Below are positions 25,416 through 32,000 of a stretch of 32,000 bases of DNA, in pieces. The DNA comes from Candidatus Saccharimonadota bacterium. Its GTDB lineage: Bacteria > Pseudomonadota > Gammaproteobacteria > Burkholderiales > Burkholderiaceae. The stretch covers positions 360,001 to 392,000 of the forward strand of contig NZ_AP023215.1 of the NCBI RefSeq assembly GCF_016593155.1, read 5' to 3'. The translations under genes and the position numbers were made by a program. Each line of letters starts with the position of its first letter. Positions within the stretch are counted from its first letter, which is position 1. Below the pieces are notes generated by a model, which was given only the letters and a program-made list of their open reading frames with translations, was not told the origin of the DNA and ran no database searches.

Positions 25416-27251
25416 ATGTATCGAATATTCGAAAAAATATTATATCCCTTTCCAAATACATTAATGAAGTCTTTACCATATAAATTAATATCATTTATTT
25501 TTAAATGTATATATGGTGTACGTAAATATATTTTATTAGTAATTTTTTTTACTACTTTAACTGGTGCATTTGAAGCATTATTATTTGCTGCCATGGGAAG
25601 AATTATAGATTTATTAAGTAATATAGAATCATCACTTCTTTGGAAAAATTATAGTAGTTATATATTATTATTAGGATTTATACTACTTAGTAGTACGGTT
25701 TTTGTTGGTTTACAGACATTATTTAAGCGCCAAGTATTATCTGGAAATCTTCCAATGTTATTGAGATGGAATTTTCATAGACTTATATTAAATCAAAGTA
25801 TAAATTTTTTTCAAGAAGAATTTGCTGGAAGAATTGCAACAAAAGTAATGCAAACTTCTATAGCTATAAGAGATATATTTGTTATTATAGGTGATATTTT
25901 AGTTTTTATAACGATATATATTGTTACTATAATAACAGTAATAGGAACATTTAATATTTGTATGTTATTTCCATTTTTTATATGGATTGGTGCTTATATT
26001 TGTATATTAATATATTTTATACCCCGTTTAAATAAAACAGCAGAATCACAAGCTACCGCACGTTCTTTAATGACAGGTCGCATTACTGATGCTTATGCTA
26101 ATATAATGACCGTGAAATTATTTTCTCACGCTGGGCGCGAGGCTAATTATGCGCGATTTGCCATGATTGATTTTTTAAAAAAAATATACCAACAAATGCG
26201 TTTAATTAGTAGTTTTGAAATTATAAACCATTTATTAGCGATGTTATTAATTATTAGTACAGCAGGATGCGCGTTATTTTTATGGACAAAAGGTACTTTA
26301 GGTATTGGTGCAGTTGCCGCAGCAACCGCAATGTCACTTCGTTTAAATAGTATATCACATTGGGTTATGTGGGAAATAGCAGCTCTTTTTGAAAACATTG
26401 GAACAATACAAGACGGAATGAATATGCTCTCAAAAAGATATAGAATAATAGATCATTATAATGCAAAACGATTGGTAGTCACTAGTGGAAATATTTTATT
26501 TAAAAATGTAAGCTTTTCTTATGATAAAAAGCATTTAATAATAAATAATTTATCTTTAAATATTCGGCCTGGAGAAAAAATTGGATTAGTAGGTCGATCT
26601 GGAGCTGGAAAATCAACTATTAATAATCTTTTATTGCGCTTTTATGATCTGACACATGGAAAAATTTTAATTGATGGGCAAAATATTGCATATGTATCAC
26701 AAGAAAGTTTACGAGAACAAATAGGAGTGGTAACACAAGATACTTCATTATTGCATCGCTCTATACGGGATAATATTTTATATGGTCGTCCAGATGCTAG
26801 TGAGTGTGAACTATTTGATGCAGCAGCATGCGCGGAAGCTGATATTTTTATTAAATCTTTAACTGATTCACATGGACGAAAAGGTTATGATGCTCATGTA
26901 GGGGAGCATGGTATTAAATTATCTGGAGGACAACGTCAAAGAATTTCAATTGCTCGCGTGATATTAAAAAATGCACCAATTTTATTACTAGATGAGGCTA
27001 CTAGCGCCCTTGATTCAGAGGTAGAAATTGCTATTCAAAAAAGTTTATATAATTTAATGAAAGGAAAAACAGTAATCGCTATAGCTCATAGATTATCCAC
27101 TATTTCTGCAATGGATAGATTAATAGTATTAGATAATGGGCGCGTGGTAGAAGAAGGGTCGCATTTAGATTTATTAAAAAATAATGGTTTATATGCTCGT
27201 TTATGGGAGCATCAAAATAAAAATTTTATAAAAAAAAATAAAAAATTTTAA
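25416..27251 (+). CDS. fused ABC transporter permease/ATP-binding protein (exporter type, MsbA-like fold; substrate unknown)
   Basis: 611 aa. It has an N-terminal 6-TM exporter domain, Walker A GRSGAGKST, the signature LSGGQRQRISIAR, Walker B LLLDEATSALD and an H-loop AHRLST. The N-terminus MYRIFEKILYPFP resembles a conserved proteobacterial exporter subfamily (M.R.FE....PFP) as I recall it. Confidence 0.85.
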   Translation: MYRIFEKILYPFPNTLMKSLPYKLISFIFKCIYGVRKYILLVIFFTTLTGAFEALLFAAMGRIIDLLSNIESSLLWKNYSSYILLLGFILLSSTVFVGLQTLFKRQVLSGNLPMLLRWNFHRLILNQSINFFQEEFAGRIATKVMQTSIAIRDIFVIIGDILVFITIYIVTIITVIGTFNICMLFPFFIWIGAYICILIYFIPRLNKTAESQATARSLMTGRITDAYANIMTVKLFSHAGREANYARFAMIDFLKKIYQQMRLISSFEIINHLLAMLLIISTAGCALFLWTKGTLGIGAVAAATAMSLRLNSISHWVMWEIAALFENIGTIQDGMNMLSKRYRIIDHYNAKRLVVTSGNILFKNVSFSYDKKHLIINNLSLNIRPGEKIGLVGRSGAGKSTINNLLLRFYDLTHGKILIDGQNIAYVSQESLREQIGVVTQDTSLLHRSIRDNILYGRPDASECELFDAAACAEADIFIKSLTDSHGRKGYDAHVGEHGIKLSGGQRQRISIARVILKNAPILLLDEATSALDSEVEIAIQKSLYNLMKGKTVIAIAHRLSTISAMDRLIVLDNGRVVEEGSHLDLLKNNGLYARLWEHQNKNFIKKNKKF

Positions 27252-27346
27252 AATTTAATATAAAATTTTTGATATGAAATAAAGATGCTTTTTATAAAAA
27301 TAACATATTTTTATTTTTAATTATTTCAGTAAAATAAATTACATTT

Positions 27347-29260
27347 TTATTTTTTTATAAAATTTTTTAAAAAACCACTTTTTAAATAAATTAATAATAA
27401 TGTTAATGCGGCCGGTGTTATTCCAGAGATTCTCGATGCCTGTCCAATAGTCTCTGGTTTATATTTATTTAATTTTTGACGAACCTCCATTGATAAAGAT
27501 TGTATTTGCATATAATCTAAATTATATGGTAATTTTAAATTTTCATTAATTTTATTTTTTTCTACTTCATTCATTTGGCGAAGAATATAACCCTCATATT
27601 GTAATTGTATTTTAAGTTGTTTTTTGATATCTTCTTGATAAATTTCTGTGTTATATAAATTTTTACCATCAATTCCTTTTAATGATATTAATGTATTATA
27701 ATTAATATTAGGCCAAGTTAATAAATTAGATAAAGAATATTCGTGTTTTATTTTTTTTCCTAATACACGTTCAGATTCTCCTGTATCAAGGATATTAGGA
27801 TTAATCCATGTGTCTTTTAAGCGCTGTAATTCTTTTGTAATTATTTCCCTTTTTTTTTCAAATATTTTCCATTGTTTATAACTAACGCATCCTAGTTTCC
27901 AACCTATTTCCGTAAGACGTAAATCCGCATTATCTTCTCGTAAATTTAGGCGATATTCTGCTCGGCTAGTAAACATACGATAAGGTTCTTGAATGCCCTT
28001 AGTAATTAAATCATCAACTAATACACCTAAATATGCTTGATCACGACTAGGTGTCCAGGGTTCACGTTCTTGAGCAAATAAAGCCGCATTTAATCCCGCT
28101 AATAGACCTTGAGATGCCGCTTCTTCATATCCAGTAGTACCATTTATTTGTCCAGCAAAAAATAAACCATGAATTTGTTTAGTTTCTAGTGATGATTTTA
28201 AATTACATGGATCAAAATAATCATATTCTATTGCATATCCTGGTCGTAGAATATTAGCATTTTTCATTCCATCTATTGATTGCACTAATTCTATTTGAGT
28301 ATAAAAAGGAAGACTAGTTGAGATTCCATTTGGGTAATATTCATTAATAATAAGACCTTCTGGTTCTAAAAATATATGATGAGATTTTTTTTGTGGAAAA
28401 CGATATATTTTATCTTCAATAGACGGACAATAACGCGGACCAATTGCTTCTATTTTTCCTGAAAAAATTGGGCTATTTTTAAATTCAGAGCGAATAATAT
28501 CATGTGTTTTTTCATTAGTATGAGTAATAAAACATAATAATTGTTTTGGATGTAATTTAATATTTCCAAGTACAGAAAATATTGGAACGGGGTTAGAGTC
28601 CCCTATTTGTTTTTCCATTTTTGAAAAATCAATAGTTCGTTTATCAATTCGGGGCGGTGTACCAGTTTTTAATCGACCTTGAGATAATTGTAGTTCTTTT
28701 AAGCGTTTTGCTAATGAAGTGGCTGAAAAATCTCCAAAACGACCGGCAGAATAACTTTTTAAACCAATATGAATTTTTCCATTAAGAAATGTACCGGTAG
28801 TTAAAATTACTGTTTTGCTAAAAAATTTTATACCAATTTTAGTAATAACACCCAAAATTTTATTTACTTTAATTATTAAGTCATCAACCTCTTCTTGAAA
28901 TAAATAAAGATTTGATTGGTTCTCTAAATAAAAGCGTATAGCTTGTTTATATAAAGTTCTATCTACTTGTGCGCGAGTTGATCTTACTGCGGCTCCTTTT
29001 GACGAATTTAAAATCCGAAATTGAATTCCTGATTTATCAGTCGCAATTGCCATTATTCCTCCCATGGCATCTATCTCTTTAACTAAATGACTTTTACCTA
29101 TTCCACCAATTGATGGATTACAAGACATTTGTCCTATTGTATCAATATTATGAGATAACAATAAAGTTTTTTGACCCATACGCGCGGAAACAAGAGCAGC
29201 TTCCGTCCCCGCGTGTCCTCCGCCAACAACAATTACATCGAATTTTGATTTAAATAACAT
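27347..29260 (-). CDS. mnmG: tRNA uridine 5-carboxymethylaminomethyl modification enzyme MnmG (GidA)
   Basis: 637 aa. [16 protein letters not shown] is the FAD fold. Also present are [31 protein letters not shown] and [23 protein letters not shown]. Confidence 0.95.
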   Translation of the reverse strand: MLFKSKFDVIVVGGGHAGTEAALVSARMGQKTLLLSHNIDTIGQMSCNPSIGGIGKSHLVKEIDAMGGIMAIATDKSGIQFRILNSSKGAAVRSTRAQVDRTLYKQAIRFYLENQSNLYLFQEEVDDLIIKVNKILGVITKIGIKFFSKTVILTTGTFLNGKIHIGLKSYSAGRFGDFSATSLAKRLKELQLSQGRLKTGTPPRIDKRTIDFSKMEKQIGDSNPVPIFSVLGNIKLHPKQLLCFITHTNEKTHDIIRSEFKNSPIFSGKIEAIGPRYCPSIEDKIYRFPQKKSHHIFLEPEGLIINEYYPNGISTSLPFYTQIELVQSIDGMKNANILRPGYAIEYDYFDPCNLKSSLETKQIHGLFFAGQINGTTGYEEAASQGLLAGLNAALFAQEREPWTPSRDQAYLGVLVDDLITKGIQEPYRMFTSRAEYRLNLREDNADLRLTEIGWKLGCVSYKQWKIFEKKREIITKELQRLKDTWINPNILDTGESERVLGKKIKHEYSLSNLLTWPNINYNTLISLKGIDGKNLYNTEIYQEDIKKQLKIQLQYEGYILRQMNEVEKNKINENLKLPYNLDYMQIQSLSMEVRQKLNKYKPETIGQASRISGITPAALTLLLIYLKSGFLKNFIKK

Positions 29261-29299
29261 AAAAATAAATAAATTTAATTTTAAAAATTTTATTTTTTT

Positions 29300-29320
29300 A
29301 CAAGAATATTTTATTCTTGT
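29300..29320. promoter_or_regulatory. perfect 9-bp hairpin or dyad in the mnmG-rpmH divergent spacer; it is part of a set of AGAATA motifs
   Basis: ACAAGAATA-TTT-TATTCTTGT. AGAATA recurs at 29303..29308, inverted at 29312..29317, and at 29325..29330 and 29370..29375. TAGAAT resembles a -10 hexamer. Confidence 0.3.
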
Positions 29321-29422
29321 ATATAGAATATTTATTAATTATAAAATATTTTTAAAAAAAATATATAATAGAATAAAATATATATTTTACAAATTTTAAA
29401 ATTTATAAAATTGGATTTTTCA

Positions 29423-29557
29423 ATGAAACGCACTTATCAACCTTCTATTATATGCCGTAAACGTACACATGGATTTCGTTCACGAATTACAACTCGTACT
29501 GGTCGTATTATTATTAATTCACGTAGACGTAAGGGTCGAAAAAGATTAACGATATAA
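29423..29557 (+). CDS. rpmH: 50S ribosomal protein L34; absent from the ORF track
   Basis: [44 protein letters not shown]. This is the universal L34 signature MKRT(Y/F)QPS...R.R.HGFR.RM.T..GR.....RR.KGRK.L. It has 44 codons. Confidence 0.95.
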   Translation: MKRTYQPSIICRKRTHGFRSRITTRTGRIIINSRRRKGRKRLTI

Positions 29558-29602
29558 AAATATAACAAAATATGTTTTGTAAAATTTTATAAATTATTTA
29601 AA

Positions 29603-30025
29603 TTGATAAATTCTAAAAATTTTTCCAATTCTTACGAAAGAGAAAAAAGAATTATTAAAAAAAAAGATTTTTCTGCTATATTACGTTTACGTCCAATTAA
29701 TAAAACTTCACATTTTTCTTTGTATATACGGTCTAATCAATCTAGAAAAAATCGTTTTGGAATTATAGTTGCGAAACGATTTGTTCCGCGTTCTGTTACT
29801 CGTAGTACTATTAAAAGGATTGCTCGAGAATTATTTAGACATAGTTTTTTTTTTCCTTATATTGATTGTGTTGTTCGTTTATATAAACCAATAAATATTA
29901 AAAGTGACCCCGCTACTACTACTATGTTAAAATATTTGTTAAGATCTGAATTACGAGAATTATTGAAAATTAATGATTTAATTAATAAAATTACTTTAAA
30001 TTTTAATTATATAATTAAAAATTAA
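29603..30025 (+). CDS. rnpA: ribonuclease P protein component (TTG start)
   Basis: RFGIIVAKRFVPRSVTRSTIKRIARELFR matches the RnpA RNR-motif region (R.G..V.KK...AV.RN.IKR..RE.FR). Its position directly after rpmH is canonical. The frame is open from the rpmH stop, and the first conventional start is TTG at 29603. Confidence 0.85.
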   Translation: MINSKNFSNSYEREKRIIKKKDFSAILRLRPINKTSHFSLYIRSNQSRKNRFGIIVAKRFVPRSVTRSTIKRIARELFRHSFFFPYIDCVVRLYKPINIKSDPATTTMLKYLLRSELRELLKINDLINKITLNFNYIIKN

Positions 30026-30177
30026 TTTAATAATAAAATATTATTACAATTTTTTCTATTAAAGAAATATAATATTATTATAATTTAAAGTATTTTATTT
30101 ATATTTATAAAAATATTTTTATTGTATATTTCTAATAAATAATTCATTATAATTCATTCATATAAGTGTATTAATTA

Positions 30178-31803
30178 ATGGACGTTAAACGTATTATTTT
30201 ATGGATTATATTTTTTTTTTCTTTATTAATGATTTTTAATAGTTGGATAAATTTTAATAATAATAAATCTTTTTTTTTTCAAAATATAATAAAAAAAACA
30301 ACTTTATTAAATAAATACGATATTAAAAAATCCTCTATTATTCATAATAAAAAACAAAAAATATTTTCAGAAAAAAAATTTATAAAAAAAAATTGTAATG
30401 TAAAAAGAAAAATTATTACAATTACTACTGATATTATTAAAGCTGATATTGATACTATAGGTGGAACTTTGAGAAAATTAGAATTATTGAAATATAAGGA
30501 CTCAAATAATTCTATAAATAATTTTAAATTATTTAATTGCACATCAAATAATATTTATTTAGCTAAATCTAGTTTATTGAATAAAGAATTACCTAATTCT
30601 AATTCAGAATTTATTGCTTTACCAGGAAAACGTACATTAGGTAATGATGATTGTATAAAATTAATTCTTGAATCAAAAAAAAATGATATTAAATTAACAA
30701 AAACCTATATTTTTAGACGTGGTGATTATAAAATTGATATAATACATACTATTACTAATTATAGTAATAAATCAGTTATACCATTATTACAAATGGAATT
30801 GATTCGTGATGGTAATATTCCAGATGGAGAATCATATTTTTGTCGTACTTTTACTGGTTTAGCTGCATATAATAATATTGATAAATTTAAAAAAATAGCA
30901 TTTAAAGATATTGAAGATTCCAAAAGATTATATTTAAATCAATCTCATGATGGCTGGATTGCAATAGTGCAACATTATTTTGTTTCAGCAATTATCCCTC
31001 CTAATGGAATGAAGCGTGAAGTATTTATTAAAAAAATATCTAATAATCTTTATAAAATTAATTCTATATTAGAAATAAATAAAATTTCTCCTAATTCTAA
31101 AGTTAATATTAAATCTTATTTATATTCTGGACCGCAAATATCCGACATGTTATTAAAAACTGATCCTAATTTAGATTTAGTAAAAGATTATGGCTGGTTA
31201 ACTATTTTTTCTAAACTAGTTTTTAAGTTAATGGTATATATTCATACAATTTTTAATAATTGGGGATGGTCTATTATTTTTTTAACTATATTGATAAAAT
31301 TAATATTTTTTCCATTATCAGCGGTAAGTTATAAAAATATGCTTAAAATGAAATTATTATCACCAAAAATACAAGAAATACGTGATCGTCATAAAAAAAA
31401 CATAAAAAAAGCTAATGAGGAAATAGTTTATTTATATAAAAAAGAGAAAATAAATCCTTTTAGTAGTATTTTTCCGGTGATAATTCAAGTTCCTATTTTT
31501 ATTTCTTTATATTCAGTACTATTAAATAGCATTGAAATACGGAATGCTCCATGGTTAGGTTGGATACATGATTTATCCTCTCCGGATAAATTTTATATTT
31601 TACCACTATTTATGATGATTTCTATGATGATACAAAATCACTTTAATTCACAGTCATTAAATCCAATACAAAATATAATCTCAAAATTTGTTCCAATTAT
31701 TTTTTCAATAGTTTTTTTCTTTTTTCCATCTGGTTTAGTGTTATATTGGCTTATTAATAATACCTTAACAATTATCCAGCAATGGATAATAAATAGAAAT
31801 TAA
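30178..31803 (+). CDS. yidC: membrane protein insertase YidC
   Basis: 541 aa. It has an N-terminal TM segment, a large periplasmic domain, and the C-terminal 60-kDa insertase core (GWSIIFLTILIKLIFFPL, P.IQ.....YK.EKINP, PSGLVLYW..NN...I.QQ). It follows rnpA as in the conserved cluster. Confidence 0.92.
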   Translation: MDVKRIILWIIFFFSLLMIFNSWINFNNNKSFFFQNIIKKTTLLNKYDIKKSSIIHNKKQKIFSEKKFIKKNCNVKRKIITITTDIIKADIDTIGGTLRKLELLKYKDSNNSINNFKLFNCTSNNIYLAKSSLLNKELPNSNSEFIALPGKRTLGNDDCIKLILESKKNDIKLTKTYIFRRGDYKIDIIHTITNYSNKSVIPLLQMELIRDGNIPDGESYFCRTFTGLAAYNNIDKFKKIAFKDIEDSKRLYLNQSHDGWIAIVQHYFVSAIIPPNGMKREVFIKKISNNLYKINSILEINKISPNSKVNIKSYLYSGPQISDMLLKTDPNLDLVKDYGWLTIFSKLVFKLMVYIHTIFNNWGWSIIFLTILIKLIFFPLSAVSYKNMLKMKLLSPKIQEIRDRHKKNIKKANEEIVYLYKKEKINPFSSIFPVIIQVPIFISLYSVLLNSIEIRNAPWLGWIHDLSSPDKFYILPLFMMISMMIQNHFNSQSLNPIQNIISKFVPIIFSIVFFFFPSGLVLYWLINNTLTIIQQWIINRN

Positions 31804-31857
31804 TGTAATTTTTATATTAAATTTTATTAAAAAATTTTTAAGAAAATAAAGTATAAA

Positions 31858-32000
31858 ATGTTAATAAAAAATTCCCCAATTATTGGAATCGCCACTCCTC
31901 CCGGAAGAGGAGGGGTGGGTATTATTCGTTTATCTGGAAAAAATCTTTGGTCAATTGTTGAGATAGTTTGTAAAAAAACACAAAAACAATTAAAACCACG
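31858..32000 (+). CDS. mnmE: tRNA modification GTPase MnmE (TrmE), N-terminal 47 codons; continues beyond the window
   Basis: MLIKNSPIIGIATPPGRGGVGIIRLSGKNL matches the MnmE N-terminus (I.AIATP.G.GG.GI.R.SG). It follows yidC as in the conserved cluster. Confidence 0.88.
   Translation, partial: MLIKNSPIIGIATPPGRGGVGIIRLSGKNLWSIVEIVCKKTQKQLKP

Noticed and set aside
25300-25594. Two minus-strand ORFs (25300..25494 and 25409..25594) overlapping the start of the ABC exporter gene
   Set aside because: They overlap each other and the conserved N-terminus of the exporter (MYRIFEKILYPFP...). The composition is spacer-like and no motifs are present.

Overview
This is a very AT-rich bacterial chromosome segment using the standard genetic code. 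TGA ends yggX and rpmF at their expected C-termini, and TGG encodes Trp. Gene content is almost entirely housekeeping. Translation and RNA modification: tilS, rlmB, rluC, glnS, rpsI, rplM, rpmF, rpmH, rnpA, mnmG, mnmE, and 4 tRNAs. Replication and nucleotide metabolism: dnaE, dcd, orn. Fe-S and electron transfer: yggX, erpA, an RnfB-like ferredoxin, etfBA. Membrane and protein handling: yidC, sppA, tldD, one ABC exporter. The content and local synteny look like a reduced-genome, host-restricted betaproteobacterium (Burkholderiales-like). Supporting that are the anchorless RnfB-like gene next to nth, the presence of GlnRS, ErpA, YggX and ETF, and a zf-CHCC protein. I cannot name the organism from sequence alone. 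From my own coordinates, about 24 kb of 32 kb (about three quarters) is intact genes. The rest is extremely AT-rich spacer, and several stretches of it can still be read as dead genes. These are a full-length quinone oxidoreductase with six lesions, the C-terminal half of cysE, a family-5 solute-binding protein, and an nth relic with internal deletions. Two small genes are missing from the ORF track: rpmH and a 56-codon zinc-ribbon protein. I found no mobile elements, CRISPR array, phage or defence genes, toxin-antitoxin pairs or biosynthetic cluster, and I do not think the window holds a novel multi-gene system. The points most worth following up are listed here. (1) The origin-type cluster mnmG | rpmH-rnpA-yidC-mnmE lacks dnaA, yidD and any DnaA box. 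(2) The gene-decay relics show which pathways were lost. (3) Short perfect tandem duplications recur only in spacers, and one spans the dnaE stop codon. (4) Dense dyad symmetry sits in the tRNA-fMet / rnfB-like divergent spacer. All homology statements come from reading translations against motifs and reference sequences recalled from memory. No database search, GC-skew or folding computation was run.
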